The notes beneath the pieces are model-generated. The model had not been told where the DNA came from, did not search any database, and worked only from the letters and a program-made list of their open reading frames with translations. DNA of 62,903 nt, filler included, from Deltaproteobacteria bacterium (lineage in GTDB: Bacteria > JAUYMQ01): assembly GCA_030698575.1 (NCBI GenBank). It is 10 parts of 10 records of this genome, joined end to end, with 100 filler letters (N's around TTAATTAATTAA, not from the genome) between each part and the next. Parts side by side here need not be neighbours in the genome. Positions count along the whole stretch, not along the records: positions 15,850 to 26,593 come from JAUYMQ010000580.1; positions 26,694 to 37,320 come from JAUYMQ010000585.1; 8 more parts are not named here. The stretch is one strand, 5' to 3'. Positions 20,508-30,222 of this stretch are shown here, in pieces. The position numbers and the translations under genes are program-made. Position 1 is the stretch's first letter. Each line of letters opens with the position of its first letter.

Positions 20508-21533
20508 ATGATCGAAGCGCTGAATGCCATTCGTGATGAGGCGCTCCGCCGTCTGGCGGAGCTGGGCGCCGATGCGCCCGAAGCCGAGATCAGGGACCTG
20601 CGCGCCCGCTACCTGGGGCGGGAAGGCTCCCTTTCGGTCGCAATGCGGGGGATGGGCAAACTGCCGGCCTCCGAGCGCCCTGAGATCGGCCGCCTTGCGA
20701 ACGAGGTAAAGGGCGCCATCGAGGAGGCGTTTGAGACGGCCCAGGGCGCGCTCGCTGCGCGTGAGCGGGCCCAAAGCCTGGCAAGCGAGCGGGTGGACGT
20801 CACGCTGCCCGGACGCACGCCGGCTATCGGCCGCGTCCATCCCCTTACGCAGACAGCCGAGCGGGCCACCGAGATCTTCGTGGGCCTCGGATTCTCGGTG
20901 GCCGAGGGCCCCGACGTCGAAACCGACTACAACAACTTCGAGGCCCTCAACATTCCCCGGGATCACCCGGCTCGTGAACTGCAGGACACCTTCTACGTCG
21001 CCGACGACATCGTCCTGCGCACCCACACCTCGCCCGTCCAGATCCGGACCATGAAGCAGCGGAAACCTCCTCTGCGTGTCATCGCCCCCGGGACCGTCTA
21101 CCGGCGCGACGACGACGTGACCCACAGCCCCATGTTTCTCCAGATCGAGGGGTTCATGGTCGACGAGAAAGTCACTTTCGGCGATCTGAAAGGCGTTCTC
21201 ACGGCCTTTCTCCAGGAGATGTTCGACAAAGGCACGCGGCTTCGCTTCCGCCCCAGCTACTTCCCCTTCGTGGAGCCCGGCGCGGAGGTCGACATCGAGT
21301 GCTTCCTTTGCAGGGCGAAGGGCTGCCGGGTGTGCAAGGGGACGGCCTGGATCGAGATCCTGGGGGCGGGGATGATTCATCCGGAGGTCTTCCGCGCGGT
21401 GGGCTATGACCCCGCGGCCTGCTCGGGCTTCGCCTTCGGGATGGGAATCGAACGGATCGCCATGCTCCGCTACGGTGTGAATGACATCCGCCATTTTTAC
21501 GAGAACGACCAGAATTTCCTGGAGCAGTTCTAG
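20508..21533 (+). CDS. pheS: Phenylalanine--tRNA ligase alpha subunit
   Basis: HPARELQDTF, LRTHTSPVQ, RPSYFPFVEP and GFAFGMG motifs. Confidence 0.98.
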   Translation: MIEALNAIRDEALRRLAELGADAPEAEIRDLRARYLGREGSLSVAMRGMGKLPASERPEIGRLANEVKGAIEEAFETAQGALAARERAQSLASERVDVTLPGRTPAIGRVHPLTQTAERATEIFVGLGFSVAEGPDVETDYNNFEALNIPRDHPARELQDTFYVADDIVLRTHTSPVQIRTMKQRKPPLRVIAPGTVYRRDDDVTHSPMFLQIEGFMVDEKVTFGDLKGVLTAFLQEMFDKGTRLRFRPSYFPFVEPGAEVDIECFLCRAKGCRVCKGTAWIEILGAGMIHPEVFRAVGYDPAACSGFAFGMGIERIAMLRYGVNDIRHFYENDQNFLEQF

Positions 21534-21535
21534 CC

Positions 21536-23953
21536 ATGCGTGTGAGCCTCGAATGGCTGCGGGAGTACGTTCCGATCAACCAGCCGACGCCGGCGCTGGC
21601 CGAAGCCCTGATCAACGCGGGCCTCGAAGTGGGAGCGATCGAGGATCTGGGCGCGGGCATGGAAAGTGTCGTGGTGGCCGAGCTGCTGTCGGTCGCCCCC
21701 CATCCCAGCGCCGATCGCCTTTCGCTCTGCGAGGTGCAGGCCGGCGGCGAGACACGCCGGGTGGTGTGCGGTGCGAGGAACATGAAGGCAGGCGATCGCG
21801 TGGCGCTTGCCGTGCCGGGTGCGCGGCTTCCCAATGGATTGGAGATCCGCAAGAGCAAGATCCGGGGCGAGACATCCGAGGGAATGCTGTGCTCGGAGCA
21901 GGAGCTGAAGCTCGCCGAGAAATCGGCCGGCATTCTGATCCTCCCGCCCGATGCGCCGGTGGGATCGCCGCTGGCCGGCTACCTCGGCCGCGACGACGTG
22001 ATCTTCGATATCGAGCTGACACCCAACCGCGCCGACTGCCTCTCGCATCTGGGTGTGGCCCGCGAGGTCGCGGCGCTCACGGGCGCTGCGCTGACCGTGC
22101 AGGATCGGACCGTGCCCGAGGCGGGAGAAGCCGTCGGCGCGATGACATCCGTCACCATCGAGGACGCCGGGCGCTGTCCCCGCTACGCGGCGCGAGTGAT
22201 TCGCGGGGTGAAGGTGGGCCCCTCTCCCCGGTGGCTCGCCTCGCGTCTGGAGAAGGTGGGCGTCAGGCCGATCAACAACGTGGTCGATGTCACGAACTAC
22301 GTCCTCTTCGAGCTGGGCCAGCCTCTCCATGCCTTCGATCTCGCCGCGCTCGCGGAAGGGCGTATCGTCGTGCGGTGCGCGCGGGAAGGTGAAAGCCTTG
22401 TAACCCTCGACGGTGTCGAGCGGAAGCTCACGGCGGACGATCTGGTCATCGCAGACGCAAACCGACCCGTGGCGCTGGCCGGGGTCATGGGGGGCGAGGC
22501 GACCGAGGTGACGGCCGGAACGGCCGACATTCTCCTCGAGAGCGCCTATTTCGCCCCCCTGGGCATTCGCCGGACCGCCAAGAGGCAGGGCCTCAAGAGC
22601 GAGGCCTCTCATCGCTTCGAGCGGGGGTGTGACCCGGAGATGGTCGTCCGTGCTTCGGATCGGGCCGCGGGCCTGCTTGCAGAACTGGCCGCGGGACAGG
22701 TAGCATCCGGCGTCCTGGACGTTTATCCATCGCCGGTCCGGCGCCCGGAGATCCGCCTCCGGCCCGAACGCGCGAACGCGCTTCTGGGGATCGATCTCCC
22801 CGGCGACGCGATGGCCGAAATCCTCCGCCGCCTCGGCATAGCGGTGGAGATACAGGGCGCCGAGATAGTCGCCCGGGTGCCCTCGTGGCGCCCCGATCTC
22901 GCGATCGAGGCGGACCTTGTCGAGGAGATAGCGCGCCTTCACGGCTACGATCGCATACCGACGACGCTCCCCAGGGCGCCGATCCAGAGCCCCGAGGCGC
23001 CGCCGGAGCGGCGTCTCGAGCAGACCGCGCGGGAGCTTTTCACGGGGTTCGGTTTTCACGAGGCAATTACCTACCGCTTCGTTTCGCCCGGCTGGGCCGA
23101 TCGGCTGGGGCTCACGGTCGATGATCCGCGGCGGCGCAATGTCCGGTTGCGCAATCCGATGCGTGAAGATCAAGCGGCCATGCGCACTTCGCTCATCCCG
23201 GGGCTTCTGACTGCCGCGCTCGCGAATCTCCGGCGCGACCAGACGGACGTCCGGCTCTTCGAGGCGGGGAAGGTTTTCTTCGACAGCGGCGAGGGAAACC
23301 TCCCGGAGGAGCGCGTGGCGCTGGGCGCGGTGCTTGCCGGCGAGGGAAGGCCGGGGTTCTGGGGAAAGGGGAGGGCGGCGGACTTCTACGACGCCAAGGG
23401 GCCCGTGGAGGCCCTTCTCGACCGCCTGGCGATCCGGGGGGCGCGCTTCCAGACCGAGGGGCTCTCTCCCTATCTGCACCCGGGCCTGTCGGCCAGCCTC
23501 CGCTGGGAGAAGGAGCGTCTGGGGGAACTCGGGATGCTACACCCCGAAGTGGCCGCCGCCCTGGAGTTGCCAGACACCCTGTTTTTGGTGGATCTTGATG
23601 CCCCGGCCCTGTTGCGGGCCGCCGCGGCGGGATTTCCGGCTTTCATTCCCCCGCCGCGCTTCCCGGCCGCGCGCCGCGATCTGGCGGTGGTGGTCGACGA
23701 GAGCATCGAGTCCGGTGAGTTGCTGGAACAAATTGGGTTGATTTCCGAGAAGGAATTTCGGGAGGCCCTCCGGCAGATCGAAGTCTTTGACGTTTACCGC
23801 GGCGAGGGAATTCCCGCGGGAAAGAAGAGCGTCGCCCTGCGACTTTCCTATCGATCTGACGAGCGAACATTGACCGATGCGGAGGTAAACGTTTTTCAGG
23901 AGCGGGTACTCACCCGACTTGCAAAGGAGCTGGGCGCTGCGCTACGTACCTGA
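21536..23953 (+). CDS. pheT: Phenylalanine--tRNA ligase beta subunit
   Basis: SEGMLCS, TPNRADCLS, NNVVDVTNY, RFERG and C-terminal FDVYRG motifs. Confidence 0.98.
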   Translation: MRVSLEWLREYVPINQPTPALAEALINAGLEVGAIEDLGAGMESVVVAELLSVAPHPSADRLSLCEVQAGGETRRVVCGARNMKAGDRVALAVPGARLPNGLEIRKSKIRGETSEGMLCSEQELKLAEKSAGILILPPDAPVGSPLAGYLGRDDVIFDIELTPNRADCLSHLGVAREVAALTGAALTVQDRTVPEAGEAVGAMTSVTIEDAGRCPRYAARVIRGVKVGPSPRWLASRLEKVGVRPINNVVDVTNYVLFELGQPLHAFDLAALAEGRIVVRCAREGESLVTLDGVERKLTADDLVIADANRPVALAGVMGGEATEVTAGTADILLESAYFAPLGIRRTAKRQGLKSEASHRFERGCDPEMVVRASDRAAGLLAELAAGQVASGVLDVYPSPVRRPEIRLRPERANALLGIDLPGDAMAEILRRLGIAVEIQGAEIVARVPSWRPDLAIEADLVEEIARLHGYDRIPTTLPRAPIQSPEAPPERRLEQTARELFTGFGFHEAITYRFVSPGWADRLGLTVDDPRRRNVRLRNPMREDQAAMRTSLIPGLLTAALANLRRDQTDVRLFEAGKVFFDSGEGNLPEERVALGAVLAGEGRPGFWGKGRAADFYDAKGPVEALLDRLAIRGARFQTEGLSPYLHPGLSASLRWEKERLGELGMLHPEVAAALELPDTLFLVDLDAPALLRAAAAGFPAFIPPPRFPAARRDLAVVVDESIESGELLEQIGLISEKEFREALRQIEVFDVYRGEGIPAGKKSVALRLSYRSDERTLTDAEVNVFQERVLTRLAKELGAALRT

Positions 23954-24016
23954 GGGTATGAGCCCCGAGACGGCGTTCAAACAACATCCTGCGTTGACGT
24001 TCCACAGGAGGGCATC

Positions 24017-24292
24017 ATGACCAAGGCAGACATCGTGGAAAGCATCTACCAGAAGGTAGGCTTTTCCAAGAAGGAGTCTGCGGAGATTGTCGAGCTTGTC
24101 TTCGACCTCATCAAGACGACGCTCGAGAATGGCGAGAAGGTGAAGATCTCCGGTTTCGGAAATTTCGTCGTCCGGGCCAAGAACAGCCGGAAGGGCCGCA
24201 ATCCTCAGACCGGAGACGAGATCAAGCTGGGGGCCCGCAAGGTGCTGACCTTCAAGGCCAGCCAGGTTTTGAAGAATTACCTTAACTCATAG
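24017..24292 (+). CDS. ihfA: Integration host factor alpha
   Basis: MTKADIVE, VKISGFGNF and GRNPQTG; position after pheT. Confidence 0.95.
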   Translation: MTKADIVESIYQKVGFSKKESAEIVELVFDLIKTTLENGEKVKISGFGNFVVRAKNSRKGRNPQTGDEIKLGARKVLTFKASQVLKNYLNS

Positions 24293-24370
24293 AGGCGGCG
24301 GCCTATAAGACGACGGCATGGAAGGCGGCGGCAATAGACCGTCACGGTCTTTGAATCGGGGCTGATCAGC

Positions 24371-24736
24371 ATGGCGACGAAGGAACCGGTGATACCGGAC
24401 AAGCTCTATTTCAAGATCGGCGAGGTGAGCAAAATTACGGGCGTTAAGCCCTACGTTCTCCGTTACTGGGAATCTGAGTTCAAGCTGCTCTCACCGTCGA
24501 AGTCGAAGTCGAGGCAACGGCTATACCGGAAGCGCGACGTCGAGAGCGTCCTGCAGATCAAAAAGCTGCTCTACGAGGAGCGGTTCACGATTGCCGGTGC
24601 GAAGAAAATCCTGCGGGCCGATCCGATGAAGGAAGCCGTGCAGCAGCTCGAGCTGGGAAACGATTCCAGCGCCTACCACGGAGCACTTCGGAAGATCCGG
24701 AACGAGCTTCAGGATCTTCGCGAGGTGTTGAAATAG
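24371..24736 (+). CDS. MerR-family regulator
   Basis: [13 protein letters not shown]...VLRYWESEF...RLYRKRD; usual neighbour of ihfA. Confidence 0.93.
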   Translation: MATKEPVIPDKLYFKIGEVSKITGVKPYVLRYWESEFKLLSPSKSKSRQRLYRKRDVESVLQIKKLLYEERFTIAGAKKILRADPMKEAVQQLELGNDSSAYHGALRKIRNELQDLREVLK

Positions 24737-24737
24737 C

Positions 24738-25145
24738 ATGCGAGAGAGGAGGGCTGGAGTCTTGGCGAGAAGGATCCTGGCAGTCGCCCTGATCAGCCTC
24801 GGGGCGTTCGTCCTCGGCTGTCAGGAGGGCGAGAAAAAGGCGCCGGCGCAGGTCTACGAGCCGCCGAAGCTACGGAGCGAGGCGGAGCGTGGCACCCAGC
24901 AGGTAAAAAAGGTGCGGACGGATGTGCGCATCACGCTGCGCATGACCAAGGAGCAGGTCGAGGAAGTGCAGGGCAAGCCGGAACGGGTCGACGTTATCTC
25001 GTACCCCGGCACCCGGGAGGTCGTCGAGGACTGGCGATATCCGACGATCGAGAACGGCTGCCGCAAGGTGCTGTTCACTGACGGCCGTGTGACCCTTCTC
25101 CGCGAATGCGTGGGCCAGGCGAACACCAACCCCGCGAGCACCTGA
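24738..25145 (+). CDS. Hypothetical lipoprotein (SmpA/BamE-like motif)
   Basis: Signal peptide with VLGC lipobox; MTKEQVEEVQGKP...W.Y...F.DGRV pattern. Confidence 0.7.
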   Translation: MRERRAGVLARRILAVALISLGAFVLGCQEGEKKAPAQVYEPPKLRSEAERGTQQVKKVRTDVRITLRMTKEQVEEVQGKPERVDVISYPGTREVVEDWRYPTIENGCRKVLFTDGRVTLLRECVGQANTNPAST

Positions 25146-25238
25146 ACTTCTTCGCGAGCACGCCGGCTCGGCGGCGGAACCCGCTTCGTGTTGACACCAC
25201 CGAAGGCGGGTGTTACCTCCTGCCTGATTTCGATTTAT

Positions 25239-25315
25239 CGGGGCGTAGCGCAGCCTGGTAGCGCACCTGAATGGGGTTCAGGTGGTCGCTGGTTCAAATC
25301 CAGTCGCCCCGACCA
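25239..25315 (+). tRNA. tRNA-Pro(GGG)
   Basis: CGGGGCG/CGCCCCG acceptor stem, CCTGA-ATGGGGT-TCAGG anticodon arm, CCA end; TTGACA at 25191 upstream. Confidence 0.97.
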
Positions 25316-25414
25316 TTAGCAAGCAAGGCCCGCCGCCCCGGCCAGCCCCCCAGCCAGCGGCTCCGCGAGGCTCGCGGCTGGCGTGCCGGCCGCGTGGTCA
25401 GAAGCCGGGGCACG

Positions 25415-26059
25415 ATGTCCTTCGAGAAGCAACGCCTGCGGATGGTCGAAAGCCAGATCGTCGCCCGCGGCATCAAGGATCCGCGCGTCATCGATGCGAT
25501 GAAGCGCGTCCCCCGGCACCTCTTCACCGACGAGGCGCTCCGCACTCGCGCATACGACGACTCCCCCCTGCCGATCGGCGAGAAGCAGACCATCTCGCAG
25601 CCTTACATGGTCGCGGTGATGAGCGAAGCTCTGGAACTCACGGGCACCGAGGCAGTGCTCGAGGTAGGCACCGGCTCGGCGTACCAGACCGCGGTCCTGT
25701 CCTGTCTCGCGCGGCAGGTGTTCTCGATCGAGCGTCTCGGAATTTTCGTCGATCGGGCCCGCAAGATCCTCGAGTCGCTCGATATCAAGAACGTGACGCT
25801 CAAGACCGGCGACGGCTCGCGCGGGTGGCGCACCAAGGCTCCCTTTGACGCCATCCTCGTGACTGCCGGATCACCCAGGGTCCCTCAGCCGCTGGTAGAA
25901 CAGCTGGTGCCCGGCGGACGCCTGGTCATTCCGGTGGGCGACCGTGCCAATCAAGCCCTCCTTCGGCTCCGCAAGTCCGCCGATGGCGGGACGACGACGG
26001 AGGAACTGGTCGGCTGCCGCTTCGTCGATCTCCAGGGCGCCTTCGGCTGGCCCGACTGA
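25415..26059 (+). CDS. pcm: Protein-L-isoaspartate O-methyltransferase
   Basis: VPRHLF, QTISQPYMVA, VLEVGTGS and APFDAILVTA motifs. Confidence 0.95.
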   Translation: MSFEKQRLRMVESQIVARGIKDPRVIDAMKRVPRHLFTDEALRTRAYDDSPLPIGEKQTISQPYMVAVMSEALELTGTEAVLEVGTGSAYQTAVLSCLARQVFSIERLGIFVDRARKILESLDIKNVTLKTGDGSRGWRTKAPFDAILVTAGSPRVPQPLVEQLVPGGRLVIPVGDRANQALLRLRKSADGGTTTEELVGCRFVDLQGAFGWPD

Positions 26060-26184
26060 ATTTTTAACGCCTTCGCGCTTCCCCTTTGTATTCTCGTCGG
26101 CGATTCAACAGGTCGGCGTCCAAACATCCCCCCGCGCTGTTCCCCCCGATAAGCCCGCTTGCAAGGGGCTGTCAGGTCTTCACC

Positions 26185-26593
26185 ATGACCACCCACGAAG
26201 ATGTCAGAGGTACGCTCGTCCCGGCTCGTGAACAGGCCACGAAGACGCAGGAAGTGCTGAGGGGCGCAGTCACGCTCTGCGTCGCGCTTCTGTTTCTCTT
26301 TCAGGGGTGTGCTCGCGACGGGCTCACGACTTCCCGGATGGTGAGACTCGAGCCGAACCAATCGCTGTGGCAGGTGGCGAAGTCGAACGGTGTCTCGCTT
26401 GACGATCTGATGCGGGCCAACCCGGGCATCGATCCATCCCGGTTGGGTCCCGGAAGCACACTGCGTGTTCCGGCGCGGAGTGGCGGATCGCCTGGGGGAG
26501 GAATCTTTCAATCATGATTTGGCCGCCGCGACACCGACGCATTCATGTGGCCGGTTCCGGGCGCGGCTATCAACTCTTATTTCGGTTCTCCTC
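26185..26593 (+). pseudogene. NlpD-like LysM/M23 lipoprotein interrupted by an in-frame TGA (26515-26517); 3' truncated
   Basis: Lipobox FQGC and LysM domain; after the stop the same frame continues FGRRDTDAFMWPVPGAAINSYFG, the typical M23 domain entry; follows pcm. Confidence 0.7.
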
Positions 26594-26693
26594 NNNNNNN
26601 NNNNNNNNNNNNNNNNNNNNNNNNNNNNNNNNNNNNNTTAATTAATTAANNNNNNNNNNNNNNNNNNNNNNNNNNNNNNNNNNNNNNNNNNNN

Positions 26694-27508
26694 ACCGAGT
26701 CGGCGACGCGGCGGATGAGCGTGTCGTCGCCCTTCATGGCGGCCATGGCATCCTTGAGGATCGGATCGTCCGGCGTGATGCTCGTGGCGAGATGGCCGAA
26801 GCCGAATTCGTCGAGCACCTTCACCTCGGCGAAACCCGCCGCCGTGATCGCGTCGATATATTCCTCGCGGAGCGCCGCCCCCGCCACGCAGGCCGCGTAG
26901 AGCCCCATGTGCGCGACGAGCACCTCGGGGAGCCGCTCCGTCAGCACGATGTCCGAGACCAGAAGCCGCCCGCCGGGCTTCAGCACGCGATACGCCTCGG
27001 CGAACACTTTGGGCTTCTCGGGCGAGAGGTTGATGACGCAGTTGGAGATGATCGCGTCGACCGAATTGTCATCCAGCGGGAGCTCCTCGATCCGCCCCTT
27101 CCGGAACTCAACGTTCTTGAAGCCCCCCTTCTCGGCGTTCTTCCGCGCGAGGGCGAGCATGTCGTCGGTCATGTCCACGCCGATCACACGCCCGCTTTCT
27201 CCCACTTCAGGCGCGGCGAGGAACGCGTCGAAGCCCGCGCCTGAGCCGAGATCCAGCACCGTCTCGCCCGGCTGAAGCTTCGCGTACGCCAGCGGATTGC
27301 CGCAGCCGAGCCCCAGGTTCGCGCCCTCCGGCGCCGCGCCGAGCTGTTCGTCGCTGTAGCCGGCGGCCCGCGCCATCATCTCGGGCGAGCTGGTCACGCA
27401 GCAGCCTTCCTGGCGCTCGCGCGCAAGCGCGCCGTAGTGGCTCTCGACCTCCTTGCGAATGGCCTCGGGGTCGATGGGTCCTTTGGTTTCGCGATTGGTA
27501 CCTGGCAT
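26694..27508 (-). CDS. arsM: Arsenite methyltransferase, 3' truncated
   Basis: N-terminal [33 protein letters not shown] and ACVAGA motifs. Confidence 0.92.
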
Positions 27509-27559
27509 TTTCTTCTCCTTTTCTTCCGCCCTTTGAAGGTGATTCCCGTCCGCGTTCCC

Positions 27560-28015
27560 TTACCCGCAGCAGACGCTCGCGGGAAGGTTGTTGATGATTC
27601 CGGCGAGCCGCTCCACCGTGGCCACGGCCTGTCCGCGCTCCGATGCCGGCAGCGCCTCGAGAATGAGCGCGCAGAACCCCGCACCCGCGGCGCCGATCTT
27701 CTCCGCCAGACGTTCCCCCTCGGCCGTGAGCGCCACACGCACGCCCCGCGCGTCGCTGGCGTCACGCTGACGATCGACGAGCCCCTGGCGCTCGGCCGCG
27801 TCGACCAGCCGCGTGGCCGTCGAGATCTTTACGCCGAGGAAGGCCGCCATCGCCCCGAGGCGCTGCGGGCCTTCTTCATGCAGCGTCTCGAGGAGCGTGC
27901 ACTGGGCCAGCGTGACCCCCTCGCAGCACTTGGCCGACCGCTCCAGCAGGCGGAAACCGCGCACCAAGTGCAGGAAGGCGCGGGAGAGGGCTTCGGGATT
28001 GACGTTCCGGGGCAT
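27560..28015 (-). CDS. Cys-rich MarR-family regulator (probably arsenic-responsive)
   Basis: wHTH STATRLVD and DARGVRVALT; KCCEGVTLAQC and C-terminal VCCG; ATG 28015 after GGAGG; directly upstream of arsM. Confidence 0.88.
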   Translation of the reverse strand: MPRNVNPEALSRAFLHLVRGFRLLERSAKCCEGVTLAQCTLLETLHEEGPQRLGAMAAFLGVKISTATRLVDAAERQGLVDRQRDASDARGVRVALTAEGERLAEKIGAAGAGFCALILEALPASERGQAVATVERLAGIINNLPASVCCG

Positions 28016-28037
28016 CGAAAGGGCCTCCATTAAGAAC

Positions 28038-28077
28038 TTGTATAATACAACTAATCTATTCGACCCCCGCCTGTCAA
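28038..28077 (-). promoter_or_regulatory. marR-arsM promoter with palindromic operator TTGTAT-A-ATACAA
   Basis: Minus-strand TTGACA at 28077-28072; AT-rich palindrome at 28038-28050 between promoter and RBS. Confidence 0.65.
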
Positions 28078-28186
28078 TAGGCTTCTTTCTCCAGCCCGCC
28101 GGGCGTCGCCCGGGCGTGCCGACGGCCTTTGACGCCCCAATCAACGTGGTCTAGGATGACCGAAAAACAGTGCTGAGGAGGCCGTC

Positions 28187-29563
28187 ATGGGGACTCGAAA
28201 GACCGTTCGCATCGGCGCGGGGCAGGGTTTCTACGGAGACACCTTCTTCCCGGCGCTCGAGATCGCCCAGAAGGGCGACGTCCAGTACATCTCCTTCGAC
28301 GCGCTCGCCGAGCTGACGCTTGCCATCCTCCAGAAGGACCGCCAGAAAGACTCCTCGCTCGGCTACACCCGCGACCTCCCCATCTTCATGCGTTACCTGC
28401 TTCCCGTGTGCCGCGAGAAGGGCATCAAGCTCGTCACGAACTCGGGCGGCATCAACCCGGAGGGCGCCATGGAGAAGGTGCTCTCGGTCGCCAAGCAGAT
28501 GGGGATGACCGGCCTCAAGGTCGGCATGGTGAACGGCGACGACATCCACCCGCGCCTCGATGAGCTTCGCACCAGGGGCGTGACCTTCGAGAACGTCGAC
28601 ACCGGCGAGCCCATCGACAAGATCAAGGATCGCGTGCTCTTCGCCTGTGCCTACATCGGCGCCCAGCCGATCGTCGACGCGCTCCGGCAGGGCGCCGATG
28701 TGGTGGTCACCGGCCGCGTGAACGACGCGGCGGTCTTCCTCGCGCCGATGATTTACGAGTTCGGCTGGAAGATGGACGACTACGACCGCCTGGCCGCCGG
28801 CACGCTGTTGGGCCACTTGCTAGAGTGCAGCGCGCAGGCAACCGGCGGAAACTGGAGCGGCGACTGGTGGAACATCCCGATGATGGAGCGCATGGGCTAC
28901 CCGATCGCCGAGGTGAGCGAGGACGGCAGCGCCATCATCACCAAGGCGCCCGAGACGGGCGGGCGCGTGAGCTTCGACACGGTGAAGGAGCAGCTCCTCT
29001 ATGAGGTGCACGACCCGCGGCGCTACCTCTCGCCCGACGTCATCGCCGACTTCACGACGGCCACATTCAAGGATGTGGGCAAGGACCGCGTGAGCGTGAC
29101 CGGCGTGCGGGGCACGGCGCCTCCAAAAACCCTCAAGTCGATCATCGGCTACCAGAACGGCTGGATGGGGCAGGGGATCATGGGCTACACCTGGCCCGAC
29201 GCGCTTCTCAAGGCCCGCAAGGCGGATCAGATCATCCGCAAGCAGCTCGCGATGGTCGGCGTTCAGGCCGAGGAGATTTACACCGAGTACGTCGGCTGGA
29301 ACTCGATCCACGGGCCGACGGTGCCCGATCCCGGCCCCGACGCTCCGGAGCTGTTCATGCGCATTGCCATCCGCACCGCCACGCGCGAGGAGGCCGAGCG
29401 GCTCTGGCGCTTCATCCCCTATCTCGGCCTGAACGGCCCGCCCTTCATCGGCGGGACGGGCGGTTCGGCGCGGGCGCGCGAGTTGATGGGCACCTGGCCC
29501 ACGGCGGTGCCGCGCGAAGAGGTGCTGCCGCACGTGCGCGTGCAGGTGAAGGAGGTCATCTGA
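28187..29563 (+). CDS. AtuA (DUF1446) family protein
   Basis: RIGAGQGFYGD, LAELT, AYIGA, VVTGRV, GHLLEC and EQLLYEVHDP motifs. Confidence 0.9.
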   Translation: MGTRKTVRIGAGQGFYGDTFFPALEIAQKGDVQYISFDALAELTLAILQKDRQKDSSLGYTRDLPIFMRYLLPVCREKGIKLVTNSGGINPEGAMEKVLSVAKQMGMTGLKVGMVNGDDIHPRLDELRTRGVTFENVDTGEPIDKIKDRVLFACAYIGAQPIVDALRQGADVVVTGRVNDAAVFLAPMIYEFGWKMDDYDRLAAGTLLGHLLECSAQATGGNWSGDWWNIPMMERMGYPIAEVSEDGSAIITKAPETGGRVSFDTVKEQLLYEVHDPRRYLSPDVIADFTTATFKDVGKDRVSVTGVRGTAPPKTLKSIIGYQNGWMGQGIMGYTWPDALLKARKADQIIRKQLAMVGVQAEEIYTEYVGWNSIHGPTVPDPGPDAPELFMRIAIRTATREEAERLWRFIPYLGLNGPPFIGGTGGSARARELMGTWPTAVPREEVLPHVRVQVKEVI

Positions 29564-30219
29564 TGGCCTGGTGGAATCCGCTGTCGCGATCAGACGATAA
29601 GGCCGGGGGCAAGCCCGCCGCCAGGAAGAAGGCCGCGCCGAAGCGCAAGCCGAAGGCCGCCGCGAAGGCTGCCGTCGCGAAGAAGGCCGCCCCCGCACGC
29701 AGCATGAAGGCAGCGTCCCCCCCCAAGAGGGCGACGGCGGCGAAGAAGGCGCCTGCGACCGGGAAGAAGCATGCCGCCGCGAAGAATGAGGCCACGCCGC
29801 GCGCGACAGAGACGACGGCGGCGAAAAAGGTGGCCGGCAAGGCGAGCGAGCGGGTGCAGCTCCGGTGGATCGCCCAGGCGCGCAGCGGCGACAAGGGCGA
29901 CATCGCCAACATCGCGCTTTTCGCTCCCACCGAGGAGATGTACGCCCACTTCTGCCGGGAAGTCACGGTGGCGCGCGTGAAGAAGCACTTCGGGGAGTTC
30001 GTGAAGGGGAAGATCGAACGCTACGAGGTGCCCAACGTCCGCGCCCTGAATTTCGTGGCCCGCGCGGCGCTCGGCGGCGGCGCCGCCAGCGCGCTGCGCA
30101 GCGATCCGCTGGGCAAGTCCTACGGCTCGAACCTGCTCCGCATGGAGATCGATGTCCCCGCCGATCTGCTCGCCCGCACGCCGAAGTGGCAGCCGCCCAA
30201 TACGCTGCCGGATGTCTGA
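29563..30219 (+). CDS. AtuA-related small domain protein with histone H1-like K/A/P-rich N-terminal extension
   Basis: ARSGDKGD, ERYEVPN, ALGGG and LRSDPLGKS motifs after about 85 low-complexity basic residues. Confidence 0.85.
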   Translation: MAWWNPLSRSDDKAGGKPAARKKAAPKRKPKAAAKAAVAKKAAPARSMKAASPPKRATAAKKAPATGKKHAAAKNEATPRATETTAAKKVAGKASERVQLRWIAQARSGDKGDIANIALFAPTEEMYAHFCREVTVARVKKHFGEFVKGKIERYEVPNVRALNFVARAALGGGAASALRSDPLGKSYGSNLLRMEIDVPADLLARTPKWQPPNTLPDV

Positions 30220-30222
30220 GCC

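Noticed and set aside
19836-23479. Long antisense ORFs (552 and 649 aa; similar ones at 9138, 13356, 39033 and 49183)
   Set aside because: Shadow frames of well-identified genes, caused by high-GC codon bias; no motifs
25271-25414. 48-aa N-terminal extension of pcm in the ORF track
   Set aside because: Starts inside tRNA-Pro; homology begins at ATG 25415
26515-26517. Selenocysteine or genetic-code reassignment at the in-frame TGA
   Set aside because: Linker position with no Cys-equivalent role; TGA is the normal stop of many intact genes here
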